Shown one piece after another: positions 1-12,617 of a DNA stretch of 64,000 nt. The stretch covers positions 186,001 to 250,000 of the forward strand of contig JAPMXV010000009.1 of assembly GCA_026936335.1 (NCBI GenBank). The letters are read 5' to 3'. This DNA is from Mantamonas sphyraenae STR306. Lineage: Eukaryota; Protista; CRuMs. Positions within the stretch are counted from its first letter, which is position 1, and the number at the start of each line of letters is the position of its first letter. Under the pieces are notes generated by a model. The model did no database searches and was not told the origin of the DNA. It saw only the letters and a program-made list of their open reading frames with translations. The translations under genes were made by a program, and so were the position numbers.

Positions 1-948
1 CTGCTGGCGCTGCTGAAGAAGCGGGATGCAAGCAACGAGCTGATCAGCGGATGCCTGGCGGAGGTGGCTCTGTTGTCGCAGAAGCCGAGCGAACACAACA
101 ACCTGGTGGACAAGGGCACGGTGAACGTGCTGCTGCGCCTGCTGAAGGACGAGGTGAACAAGGAGGGGGACCGGGACGAGCTGAAGCTGCTGTCCGTGGG
201 CAAGGCCCTTGTAAATATCTCTGCGGGCAACGCAGAGGCCAAGTCGGTGATCATTGCGCAGGACGCAACGGTGTTTATCCGCAAGTTGCTGAACTACAGC
301 AACGAGGAGCTTGCACGCACCTACGCAGCGCTGATCAAAAACTGCACCAACACGCCCGAGCATCGCAAGAAGATTGCGGAACAGGGGGCCATCTCCGACC
401 TGGTGGGTCTGCTCAAGACGACCTCCCTTCCCAGTGGCCGCTCGTCGGACCCGGTGATCATTGCGGCCGCGAGTGCACTGTGGAACCTGGCCACCACCGA
501 GTCCAACGTGCGCTTCATTGTCATTGCCGACGGCCTCACACGCCTGGTGTCGCTGGTGCGGCGCAACAAGAACGAAGAGGTGCTGGCCAAGTGCTGCGGT
601 GCCCTCATGGTGTTGTGCAAACCCAACAACAAGGAGGAGTTTCAGGAGTACAAGCTCAAGCGCTCCATTGGATGCCCCACGCCCCCTGGCGTGGTGGACG
701 ACGAGTATCGCGAGGTGGAGGACACCGGTGTGGTGGGCACCCTGTGTGCCCTGTTGCGCAAGAGCAAGAACGTGACCCTGCTGCGCAACATTTGCGGTCT
801 GTTTGCCTTTTTGTGCTCCGACCCAGACATTCAGAAGCTCATGAAGCAGAACCAGATTGCAGAGGGTCTCGAGTACTGCAAACGTGCGCGTGAGAAGCGC
901 ATGGAGGCCTTTGTCGGCCAGATTGAGCTGCGTTTGGGTTTGGATTGA
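1..948 (+). CDS. Armadillo-repeat protein, 5'-truncated by the window edge
   Basis: Frame is open from base 1. ARM-like repeats: 'LVDKGTVNVLLRLL', 'IAEQGAISDLVGLL', 'AAASALWNLA', 'CCGALMVLC'. Confidence 0.75.
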   Translation: MLALLKKRDASNELISGCLAEVALLSQKPSEHNNLVDKGTVNVLLRLLKDEVNKEGDRDELKLLSVGKALVNISAGNAEAKSVIIAQDATVFIRKLLNYSNEELARTYAALIKNCTNTPEHRKKIAEQGAISDLVGLLKTTSLPSGRSSDPVIIAAASALWNLATTESNVRFIVIADGLTRLVSLVRRNKNEEVLAKCCGALMVLCKPNNKEEFQEYKLKRSIGCPTPPGVVDDEYREVEDTGVVGTLCALLRKSKNVTLLRNICGLFAFLCSDPDIQKLMKQNQIAEGLEYCKRAREKRMEAFVGQIELRLGLD

Positions 949-997
949 AAAATGGAATGCACCATCCAAGCCACTGCCTTTGTTTTCCTTCGTTGGC

Positions 998-1996
998 TCA
1001 CAACTTGGCCTGCATCCATGAGGAAAACTCGTCGGGTGAGGCAACGCCTTCACGTCCATCGTCGTCGTTGAGGGGTGGTCGGTCGAGTTCGTCCCAATGA
1101 TCGATGAGCCAGTATCGGAACCAGGCGACACAGTGACGCACCATGCGTGGGGTCACGCGATGACCGACGCCGTCGTATTCCACCAGCTGCAAACGGCGCT
1201 GGTCGCTGTAAAACACGCGTGCTGCGTCCATAAAGGTGAGGTTGCACACGGTGGGCACCAGGGTGTCCTCCTTGCCCGAGCAGATGAGCAGCGGCCGGTC
1301 TGCAAACGCACTGGCGTGGAAGATGGGATCGTGCTTGCGAATGAGTTGAAGCAGAGGCTGTGAGTAAGGCGCAAACGGAGGCTCGTCCACCTCTTCCAGG
1401 CCTCCGCCGCCGCTGGTGTTGTTGCCATTCGACGACGATGCAACCACACTGCTGTCGTTGCTCCCGCCTGTGCCCACACTGCCTGACTTGTCCTTGTCCT
1501 TGCCTGTGCCCTTGCCCCCCTTGTTCTTCTTCTTGGTACGTCTGCCGCCGCTGCCGCCGTTGTTCATCATCCGCTCCTGCTTGGCCGTCGCTTCCAGCTG
1601 CTTCTTCTCCAGCCTCCTGCGGAAATTGTACACGCGGATCTCCATCATGAGTTTGTAGTTGGCCGATCCGATGATGGGACAGGCGACGGCGACGCGCGAG
1701 TCCATGGCCATGCTGAGGAAGGCAATGTGGCCGCCCAGCGACACTCCCGTCACACCCACCCGCTCCAGAGACAGGTTGGGGAAGCGGCAGGGCAGAAAGT
1801 CCAGCACTGTGCTGATGTCCATTGCCGTACCCAGCTGCATGCTGTACATGTCACTCTCGTGCAGCGGGTTGCGGTTCCAACCGTGGTTTGCGCTGTGGGT
1901 TCCCGCGAAATCAAAGCAGCAGCAGCGTCCCGTGTTTTTTTGTGGTGGTGGGCCTGGTCAGCCTCGTTGCCAGACACCATTTTCCAGGTGAACGGG

Positions 1997-2039
<43 letters not shown>

Positions 2040-2377
2040 CACACATGCCCATCCAAGAAGACCTACATTTCATCCACCAGGCGTTCGCCGTGGTTTCGCG
2101 CTTCGATGGCAATGGCCACCATGTCGTTGCGAGCCAGAAGCAAACAGATGGGCACGATTTTGGCCACCGTCTGCAGGCGGCCATGCGACACAAACACCAC
2201 TGGTTTGGGTGCCGTTGCGTTGCCACTGCTCTTGGTCCGTTTGGAGGGACCCCCCCTGGTGTCGTCGTCTTGCTTCGGGTGCAGTGCTAGCGACTCTTGT
2301 TCCGCACCAAAGATCCGGATTTTGATGCCGGCCACACACACGACCACAGCCTGAGTACGCTGCAGTGATTGAGACAT
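998..2377 (-). CDS. Alpha/beta-hydrolase (esterase) with C-terminal PTS1 (-AKL); 2 exons
   Basis: Nucleophile motif GVSLGG, Asp in 'EDTLVP', His in 'GVGH'. Intron 2066-1893 (GTAGGT...CACAG) joins 'RNHGERLVDE' to 'IANHGWN' in frame. Confidence 0.85.
1998..2034. repeat. (CA)n microsatellite in an intron
   Basis: Perfect CA run. Similar runs lie at ~4174-4220, ~15150-15180, ~35280-35293 and ~58588-58615, all intronic. Confidence 0.95.
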
Positions 2378-2479
2378 GGCCAGCCGTAGCTTGCAAAGAG
2401 TAGATTCGAGGGAGGGGGAGGGGTGGAGGAAGGAGGGGTGGAGGAGGAAGGGGAGAGGTGTGGGGGTTTTGGATTGGCA

Positions 2480-4169
2480 TCACTCGCGCACAGTGTCCAT
2501 CAATGCATGCTCGTGGACAATTTCGCCTCCAACGACAGTCATGAGGACGTGTGTGCGATCGACCGTCTCTGGATCGACAGTGAGGATGTCCCTGTCGAGG
2601 ATGACAAAGTCACCCAGGAAGCCTGGACGGAGGGAACCCTTCTTGTGGTCGTCAAAGGCAGCGTAGGCGGCATCGACCGTGTGTGCTTTGAGGGCTTCCT
2701 CCACGGAAATGGCTTGGCGGGGCACAAAGTGGATGGGAGGGCGTGCGGATTCGTCGCTGCTGCTGCTCTGTTGTTCGGCCTGTACGAGACGATTGGCAGC
2801 TGCGTGGATGCTCTGCATGGGCACCGGTTCGGCCACAAACCAATCCGAGCCAAAGGCAAGTCGCACGCCTGCGTCGAGCAAGTCGCGATGGACAAATTGG
2901 CGCGCGATGCGGTTGCCGATGCTGCGGTGCAACCAACGGCCGTCGTCGAGCATGTGCGAAGGTTGCATGCTGGCAATGATTTGTTCCTGGGCCATGCGTT
3001 GTACGTCGCTCTCTGACACCGCCTGTGCGTGTTCGATGCGCATGCGACGGTCACGTGGGCCGTTGCGTGCACGCACACGTGCGGCAATGTCCAACAAATC
3101 GGACACCGCCTGGTCGCCGAGTGCATGTATGGAAAGGTGCAAACCACGACGATCGGCATCCAGTGCCAATTGGGTCATGTCTGCCTTGGTGATGATGCGC
3201 AGGCCGTGGTTGTTGGCAGGGCCGTCCTCGTAGGCCTCCTTCATCAGGGCGGACCGTGAGCCAAAGGAGCCGTCCATGAAGCCCTTGAGATTGCCAATCT
3301 TGAACCAATCGTCGTCCAGCAGCTCTGGTCGTTCCGACTTGACTTGCAGCAGTTTGGGCCACTCGGTGATGGGCATGGCATAGTAGATGCGCACACGAAG
3401 GGTGCCCTCCTCACGTGCGTGGTTGAACACGTCAAAGTCGTCGTCGGCGGCAATGTCCAATGCCATGTGGTGCACCGAGGTGACACCGTTTTCGTGCAGG
3501 TACCGTGTGCCACGCGCCAACGCACGCTGGTTCGACTTCATACTGTGTGCCGGCAGGTGGTTGCTCACCAATTGGATGGCATTGTCACGCAACAATCCCG
3601 TGGGATGACCCTGTTCGTCGCGTACAATGACCCCTCCGTCGGGTTCCACCGTGTCCCGTGTGACCCCAGCCACCTGCAACGCACGCGTGTTGGCCAAACA
3701 CGTGTGCCCATCCATCTGACACAGAAACGCAGGCGAATCCATTGTCACCGGATCGATCCATGTGCGCGTGGGCAACTCACCACCCCACGACTCTGGGTTG
3801 AAACTGCCTCCCAGGATCCAATGATCACCGACTCGTTCAGCCACGCACGGTGCTGCAACACCCACGTGCGCAACACACGTTGGAATTCTGGCGGTGTGCG
3901 CACGTGTCGAAGGTCCACCTCATGCAAACGGTGCGACGCAAGCAGCAGGTGCACGTGGGAATCCACAAACCCGGGTGTCACCAGCCAGCCCTTGCCCGCA
4001 CCGTCAATCACCTGAGTGTGTTCCCCAACAAACGCCTCTGCTTCTGCATTGCTTCCCACTGCCAACAACCGTTGCTTCAGGTCGCAGCATGCCAACGCTT
4101 CGGCGTACGGTGCCTCTGTGTTTCCTGTCCAGATCCGGGTGTTCTTGACCACCACCGTTGCCACCCTGT

Positions 4170-4210
<41 letters not shown>

Positions 4211-4633
4211 GTGTGTGTGCATGCAACAACACAACCATGCATCCGCATCCGTGTGCAAACAGCATCCCCAGATGTAACCGTGTGTCTCTGTGTCAGCCCA
4301 ACGCTTTGACGTGTGGACGCGCGGGTCCGTCGTCTGCCCAAATGGAAGGAATCGGCACCCCGGTGCCGACCACGTGCACTTACTATACGCCTCCTGCGCC
4401 TGTGCACTCAGTGACCCAATGGCCATGTATACGAGTGCCACCACAGCCAGACCCAACACCACGTATTTGGGCAGTTCCACTGCCACTTGTCGTGCCTTTT
4501 GCGACTGCAACGCTTCCGCTCTCCGCCTCAGCTCCGGCTGTGATGCCACACCGGGGGTGGGTGGAGTGTGTGTTGAAAGGATGTCAGAACCACAACAGGG
4601 GAAACCGGTGGTGAGGGGACTCACGTTTGCCAT
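2480..4633 (-). CDS. Amidohydrolase-3 family (YtcJ/LAF3-like) with N-terminal membrane anchor; 3 exons, one apparent frameshift at ~3828
   Basis: Metal motifs 'PGFVDSHVH', 'KGFMDGSFGSRSA', 'HALGD', 'RIEHAQ', 'FGSDW'. Introns 4624-4538 and 4383-4173. Hydrophobic segment 'YVVLGLAVVALVYMAIG'. Confidence 0.85.
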
Positions 4634-4693
4634 TGCAAGGTTCTGCTGGCGCCGCCGTCGCCAGAATAACCTTTATTTTTACCAAGAGACAGG

Positions 4694-7600
4694 ATGTCGA
4701 CGTGCATTGTGGATGTGGATGGGAGCACGCGACCGGGCTGTTCGTGTTGCTCGGTGGTGTTTGGACACAACGTCAAGGCGTTCCTGCTGCCGTGTGGGCA
4801 CACGCTGTCCGGCCGCTGTTTACACCGACTCAAGTCGCACTCGCAAGGACGCAAGTTCATGTGTCCCGACTCGGACTGTACGGCCTACATCGACTGGCAC
4901 CAGTGCGAACGTGCCTTTGATCTCGAATCCAGACACGAGTGGCCCCAGCTGAAGGATCTGGAAGCCCAACGGGGTGGCGACGACGGCAACGATGACGCAA
5001 ACCCTGTGGCCTGCCCGCGATGTGGCCGCAACTTTACAAACGACAAATGCCGTGCCTTCAAGATGCCGTGCGACCATGTGTTGTGCGGCTCCTGCATCTA
5101 TCAGGTAAGTGGCGATGGGCATTGTGCCTTGCGGAGGTGGCGAACCTGAGCGAACCCAACAGCGGAATTTCCGCCCAAGAGCCCCCCCGCACCCGCAGCG
5201 GGTTTTGTGTGCGTCTAGGTGCGTGGCTGGTTGGCCATGCGAACCACAAGTGCGCACTCGGACGCGTGTGTGGATATAGATGTGACCGTTGTGTGTGTAC
5301 AACGCTTCATGTGGCCCAGGGAAGGGTGCATGGGGCACGGGGCATGATGGGCGGAAAGCGCCGCAGGAGCCAAGGAGCCGTTTCGTTTTTGCACGGTAGG
5401 CTGACACACAGGCGACGGGATGGGGTTGGACGGTGGACACACAGGTGAGAAAGAACTTTGCACATTTTGTGTGCCCTGCAGACGGGATCCGAGTGGACTT
5501 TCGTGCTGTGGAGCGTCAAAAGCAACTGGAGGAGCAGGTGAGCGGCGGGGAGAAACGCAGCGGAAAACACAACTACCCACCCATGCCGAAACTGAGGTGG
5601 AAGGGCCCCACGGTGACCGAATGTCCAAACTGTGACGCTCGGTTCAACGGCAGGTCGTCCAAGGCGATGCTGCAGGGGTGCGGTTGCTTGATGTGCGGGT
5701 CGTGCATCTTTCACCTCCGCAAGGGGTTCGACACGTACACATGCCCCCAGTGCAACTCGGAAAACAACTGGAAGGTGAACCAGAGACAGAGGGCGCTGGA
5801 GGAGGCGGCAAGCAAACTGGACGAGGAGGAGCAGCAGCTGGAGGAGGCCATGATGATGGCCAACAACGACGAAGACTCGGAAGCGTCGGATTCGTCGTCG
5901 TCCTCCAGCACACGCTCGTCCAGTCGCACGAGCGGAGGAAGCAGTAGAAGCAGCCACAGCCAACGGTATGGCAGCACACCGCCACGTGCCATGTCCATTT
6001 CGTCTGTGGGCGACTCGACGTCTTTGCAACGACGCGGCGAACGCACGCTGAGCAGCTCATCGACGGCGTCGAATGCAAGCAATGGGAGCATTGGTGGTGG
6101 TGGTGGCGGTGGCGGTGGCGGTGGGTCGTATGCATTGATTGACTCGTCGGTGGCGGCAGGGGAACGCAGTGTAAACTATCACATGTGCGACCTGTGTCAA
6201 CGGGTGTTTGACTCGCACACGCTGCCGTCGTTCCGTCAGAACTGTGGGTGTGTGGTGTGCCACCAGTGTATGCATGCACACGCAGACAGCGAGCAAAAGG
6301 ACAGCTTCAGCTGCCCTGTTCACTCGGGCAGCCTGACGCCGTTCAACCAGAGTGCACACAAGTATGCGCTGGAGATGGCCAACTGGGAGACTTGGGTCAA
6401 CGGACTCCACCAACGCCTGGAGTCGCTGAAAGAAGTGACCCTGGACACCAGCGGGGCAGGAACGGCCAGCAGCAGCAGCCACAGTGGACGGGGCAAAGGT
6501 GAACGTGGCCTGCTGCAAAACCTGACTGGCAGGGGCAACGAGAGTGCAGACGTGATGATGACAGGGAGCGGTTCAGGCGACGGGGCAAGACGATTCTACC
6601 CGGTGGCCGAGCTGAACACAAGCTCGCCAGCGACGCAAGGGGAAGGGACGCTGCAGGCCATTGCAGACGAGGTGTTGGAATGGGGAGTGGATTCGCGCAG
6701 GCGGCTGGAGGTGGTGGTGGACTTTGTGTTTGACCTGTCCAAGGTGCATCACGGGGAAAAGAGCGTGGAGAGCGTGCAGCTGCTGGTGGAACTGGACAAC
6801 AAGCGCAAAACACACAAGCGCATCTACGGGACACACGCACGTGCGGGCCACCACATGGGCAACGTGCAGCAGGATGACACGCTGCTGGACAGCGACACTG
6901 CGTTCTGCGACCGCATGCGTGGCGTGTGCGCCAACGCGTTTCGAAATTATTTGGAGGAGAACGAGGAATGCCACAGCTTTGTGAGCAAGGAGGACGCGGA
7001 GTGTCTGGTGAACACGGTGGCTCAGTTGCACTTGGGTGCAAACATGCATCCGGAGGATGTGTGCGAGTACCTGGACACGCTGATTGAGGAACTGCCACGA
7101 GAGAACAAGAACGGCGTCGACATTGCCATGCTGGACACCATGATGCAAACCAGCAGTGCCCAGATGTGGCAAAAGTATCCCAAGTTTATGCGGGAGCAGT
7201 TTGCACGCTTGTCGGAACAGCTCACCGGCAGGCGGGAACAACTCACCGCGGGTCAGATGCTCAAGTTGTCGCAAATCATTGCCAACTATGGTCCCAGTTC
7301 CGATGCTGCTGGCGGGAGTGGTCCCCTGTACGGCACCACCAGCTTCCGATTCAGCGCCGTGTACTCCACGCGGCCGCACAGCAATGAGTACACGATGACG
7401 GTGACCAGCAGCTCGTCGGTGATGTTCCACCGTGGCGAACACAGCAGTGGTGGAGGTGGTGGCGACGATGGTGTTCGTAGTGGTGGTGCTGGTGCTGGTG
7501 CTGGTGCTGGTGGTGGCAGTGCAGAGGACAACGAGTCGAGTGAGGGTGTGGGTGAGAAGAAGACTGCCACAACGGGGGCCGGAGCAAGTGGTGGTGGTGG

Positions 7601-8270
7601 CGGCGATGGCATGGGCGATCTGGCGTGCGAGAGGCATCACATGTGGGGCACACACGAGGAGCGTGTGGGCAAAGTGTCGCTGTCGCCCAACGCCAAACCG
7701 TACACCCCCAAGTTTACGCGCAAACTGCCGCAGCCTCAACAGGTGGAGTACGAGGCTGGGAACACGAGCTACAGCCGGGATCAACAGGACGAGTTGAACG
7801 ATGAGGACCAAGAAGGTTTGGTGGTGGAGGAGTTGGACGAGGGCCACACGTCATCGATGGACAGTGTTGGGTTGTGGGGCGATCCGGTCATCCAACTTGT
7901 GGAACGCAGCGAGACGTCGTTGGGAGACGAGGAGGACGAGGTGATGGACGGCGGACGTGACAAACATGCCATTGTGCACCGTCGCAACCACGGCGTGACG
8001 ACACGCACCAGCACAAGCACAAGCACGGCGTCGTACGGGTCGTCGTTTTGGAACGCAACCAGCGGCCTGTGGAGCAGCAGCACAACCACGTACACCGGCA
8101 CACTGAGTGGATGGAGCGCTTCCACACCAGCCTCTGATCTGCCTGGCAGTGGAGACATGCAGGGCCAGGAATCGGGAGAGACAAGCCCTGGAAGAGGCAA
8201 CGGAGGCGGAGCCAAGGACACGGCGATGGACGATTTGATTGCGTCGCTGCTGGCAGAAATCGACACGTGA
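4694..8270 (+). CDS. Protein with four RING-like zinc fingers, a MIF4G-like domain and a PAM2-like motif; intron 5105-5444
   Basis: Four C-x2-C...C-x-[HC]-x2-C-x2-C...CP units (the first has Ser at one ligand position). A helical region at ~6650-7290 follows the MIF4G pattern. 'LSPNAKPYTP' at ~7680-7710. Confidence 0.75.
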
Positions 8271-8370
8271 GACACACGATGGAAGGATGAATGACCACAC
8301 ACACACACCACACACCACACACAAACAAAAACAAACGCTTCCCCCCCACAAAACCCAACGGAAAACTCCA

Positions 8371-11300
8371 ATGCAGGTGGCCAACGATTCGGGAGTAACG
8401 TCTGCATTGACGTCGGAAACATCGTTTGTGTACGAACCACCGGAAGTGAAGCGGGTGTTTGAGGACGTGGAGGCGCTGCAGGTGGACTCTTCGTTTGCCA
8501 ACAACTACGACCCGTTTGCGGTGGACACAAGCAAGGACGAGGCTGCCACACACTTTCAGCGACTGTATCGAGGACATGTGACACGCACACAGATGCAGCA
8601 GCGCGAGCAGGAGGCCAAGGCTGCGTACGAGGCGGAGCCGCTGCCGGAGCCGTTGGTCAAGTACGCCGACAAAAGGGCCCGCGAGTGCACGGAACCGCCT
8701 CTGGCAGACATTGTGGTGGCCGAATACAAGGGCGACAAAGAAGGTGACATGTATCATGGTCACGGTGTTGCCGTGTTTGCCAACGGAAACCGCTACGAGG
8801 GCGAGTTTGAGGTGAGTTGGGCGGAGGGCGGACAACGGTCGGGACCACCACGCTCGCTTGCGGCTGACACTGACCACACACGTGGTTCCATTCACGCGTG
8901 CACACACACACACATACAGTATGGGAAAATGCACGGACGTGGTACGTACACGTGGCATGGTGAACAGGTGGTGTACGAGGGTGATTTCGTGGAGAACACA
9001 CTGGACGGCACGGGCGAATACCGATGGTAGGTTGCTTCAGGAGAGTGGTGGTGGATGAATTGGAAATGGCAGCAGGAAGCCAAAGTAGCAGCAAGGAACA
9101 CGTGATGGGTAAAGGGGGGGGGTGTCAACTGGGATGTGTGTGACTGACGCAGGAGGGGAAACCAGGGTGTCGAAAGGGATGCGGTACGAGGGAGAGATCA
9201 AGGAGGGCCTGCGACACGGTGAGGGCCGGTTCGAGTACGGCGACACGTGTGTGTATGTGGGAGAATGGAAGGAGGGCAAGAGGGAGGGTCAAGGGACGCT
9301 GCATTTTGGAGAGGAATACCAGTACAGCGGGTCGTGGAAGGAGAACGTCAAGAGCGGACGGGGACTGATGGCGTACGCGTCGGGCAATGTGTATGACGGA
9401 GAGTGGCTGGCAGATGAGAAACATGGCCAGGGGACAATGCATTGGTACAACAGCAACGAAAGGTACCAGGGAGAGTGGAGGGAGGGGAAACCGCACGGGC
9501 ACGGGGTGTACTCCTGGTTCAGCGGACATGGGCCGGCGGCACAGTTTGTGGCACACAATTACTACGAAGGAAATTGGGAGGAGGGACAGCGCAGTGGCTA
9601 TGGTGTGTTTCATTATGCCAACGGGGCCCGGTACGAAGGGGAGTGGGCGGAGAACCTGAAGCACGGCACGGGCGTGTTTTACTTTGAGGATGGCAACACG
9701 TTCAGTGGGAGGTTTGTGAAGGACCGCATGCAGGGGTTTGACAAGGAACACTCGCAGGCGGACCGGTCGTTGGGTGTGCAGCTGGACGCAGTGCTGGCGC
9801 AGGACGGGTTCAGTGCCACGCAGATTCGGGTGATCAAACGCCAGGTGAACGACCTGCTGACGAGGCACATGAGCGACCTGAAGCGCATCTACAAACACTA
9901 CACGGGGATCACAGAGGCACTGAACATGAACGACCGCGAGGAGCAATTTGGCATCATGAACCGCATGGGTCTGTGGCTGTGTCTGCACGCGTCACGCATT
10001 GCGGCCATCGACGAGAGCGGCCTGGTGACACTGGTGCAACTGGACCGGGTGGTGGCCGAGTACATGGGCGAGGTGGACGCACAGTCAAAGGAGGTGCGCA
10101 ACAAGCTGGCATCGTCGATGGGCAAGGCGGCAGGCGAGGACACCGAGGAGGAGGAGGAGACGGAGGCGGCGGAAGAGGACACGATGGAGGAGGGTTCGCA
10201 GACATCGTTGCCATTCCACAGGCGCATGGAGGCGTGGAAGGCAGAGAAGAAGGAGGCAGCGCATGCGGTGGACACACGCTTCCTGCTGCGGGACTTTTTC
10301 AATGTGCTGGTGCGTGTGGCACGGCATTTGTGGCAGGTGGAAAGGCACAGCGTGGACTACGCGGTGGCGGCGAGCAAACACAGCCACGAGGAGGCGCAAA
10401 AGGGATCGAGCAAGGTGGTGAGCAAGTACGGCCTGGTGCGTACGCTTGACAGGATGATCAACGCCCACCTGCTGGCATACGCAGGGATGGAGAGTGACGA
10501 TGACATGCTGATGATGCGTGTGATGGTGGATCTGTTTTGCGATGCACGGGAAGAGTTGCAGGCTCTGTACGCAGCACAGGCGCCGCAAGACGGCAGCGAC
10601 AAACAGATGACAGTGCGTGACTTTGTGGCCATGGCGGACAAGTTGGGTGTGTTGTGGACGAGTGCCAGGGAGGAGGCGCTGATGGGTGGCGGCGGTCAGC
10701 AAGCGGACAACAAGAGGAAGACGTCCAAGGGGAAGAGAGCCAACAACAAGAACAACCACAACAACAGAGCCAAACCCAAGAAACCGCAGATTTCGCTGGC
10801 AACGGCTGCGCTGCGCACCCTGGATGCGTCGCGTGTGTTGTCCCTGTTTGGACTGGTGGACGGCGCTGCGTTGGATGCTGCGGCGAGTGAGAAGGAGGCA
10901 GCGTACCAAGCAGAGCTGCGTCAACGTTTGCAGGCGCGAGGTGAGCGATTGGCAGCCAAGGCGGCCAAAGAGGAGGAGGCGGAACAGAGAGAGAGAGAAG
11001 ACATGGAGCGCAGGCAACGGGAGGAGGGAGACGGGGCCGCCGATGAGAGTGGAGGCGGTGATGGAGGCATGCATGGGATGAGTGTGGATGTGCGTCCCAA
11101 GTCTTCCGGGTCCCACCGTAGCTGGGTGTCTCAGGGAGGTGTGGAGGAGGGTGGGTCGCCGTCGTCGACAAGTAGCAGCGGGGGAGTGAACAAGCGCAGT
11201 GGAGGCGGAGGAGGAGGGAGCACCAAACGGGGAGCAGGTGACAAGGGGGCAAAGGGAAAGGGTGGTGGTGGTGGTACAGGTACAGGCACAGGTGGTACGG

Positions 11301-11917
11301 GTGGACGTGGCACAGGAGCCAAGGGTGGGGGCAGACGTGAGAGCAGCAAGGCAGTGACAATCCACGTGGAGGAGGAGAGTGAGGAGGAGGCGGCGGCGGC
11401 AGCGGCAGCGCGCAAGGCGGAAGAGGAGGCAGCTCGAAAGGCGGCCGAGGCTGAAGCATTGGCAGAGCGGAGGCGAAAGCACGTGGATGTGAATGTGGCC
11501 AAGGCAATCGAGTGTGAGATCAGCCTGCTGGAGTTTCTGCAGGCGTTGTGTCACATGGCCGTGTTTCTGGAACGGCAGAAGCGGTTGATCCAGCACCAAT
11601 TGGCGCAGCGCAAGCACATCATTGACACGTTTGTGTACCAGGCACCCAAAGAGGTGGTGAAGATTGAGGTGGATGGGGAAGAGGAGAAGGAGGAGACCCA
11701 GGTGGAAGAGGAGGTGAAGGAGGATCAGCAGGTGGAGGAACAAGATCAACAGACGGGGGACAATGGTGATGAAGATGGTGAGAAAGAGGAAGGAGAGGAA
11801 GGAGAGGAAGGGGAGGAAGAGGAGGAGGAGGCGTCGACGATGATGATCCCTGTTGACGAAGAGCCCATTGAGCTGGACACTCTCCTGCAGGAGTTTCTTC
11901 ATTCGATTCTGCAGTGA
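8371..11917 (+). CDS. RSPH10B: Radial spoke head 10 homolog B (MORN repeats) with N-terminal IQ-like motif; introns 8812-8919 and 9027-9165
   Basis: 'EPPLADIVVAEYKGDK' followed by about 10 MORN repeats (YEGEW..GKRHG.G). The 'YSWFS...QFVAHNYYEGNW' insertion is typical of RSPH10B. Confidence 0.8.
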
Positions 11918-12006
11918 CAATACACGCGTGGATGCCATTGGTTCCAGTCAAAGCAATGCGAGGCATCCATCCATGCGCTGGAGCCACCAACAGAGACGAA
12001 GCAGCA

Positions 12007-12564
12007 ATGGGAAACTGCCTGCGTTCCAATCGGAACCGTGGTCAGGGAAACCGCGTGGGGGGCAATGGATACGACGAGAGCAGTTCACTGGCAAGCGGGG
12101 GTTCAAGCCGAGGCAAAGCAGAGCCCACCGAGGAAGAAAGGGAACGAATTCGCCAGCAGCAAGCAGACGCTGCGGAGAGACGGTACGTATGATTTGCGTC
12201 TCATGGCACAGCATGGAGCAAACAGCCCAACTGACACGTGGTGTGTTCCCATTCATTGGCCATGCGCTGATTTTGGTGGGCCCCCCTTAATTGCACGCAC
12301 ACGGCGTCGCAGAATGAAGCAGCAGCAGCAGCGGGGCGTTCAGAACGGAGGCGGTCGCCTTGCACGCCAAGCATCCAAGGGGGTTGAGAAGGACAAGCAC
12401 GAGATGGGTGGTGACAACAAGCCATTGCAGGTAAGAGGCGTCTCCGCGTGTCCAAGCAACACCAACAGCAAGGGCGGGCTTGTTTCTTGGTCCCAGCGCC
12501 GTTTTTCGGTGCCGCAAACTCACCGCGCGTGTGTTCCCCCCTTTCACAGTGGCGAATGGGATGA
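12007..12564 (+). CDS. SVIP: Small VCP/p97-interacting protein (SVIP-like); introns 12183-12312 and 12431-12549
   Basis: MGNC N-terminus (myristoylation/palmitoylation), VIM motif 'RQQQADAAERR', then 'QQRGV' and C-terminal 'LQWRMG*'. Confidence 0.8.
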
Positions 12565-12617
12565 GCTGGATCTGTTTGTTTTTGTTTCTTTCACAGTGCT
12601 GCTGTACATATCAACTG

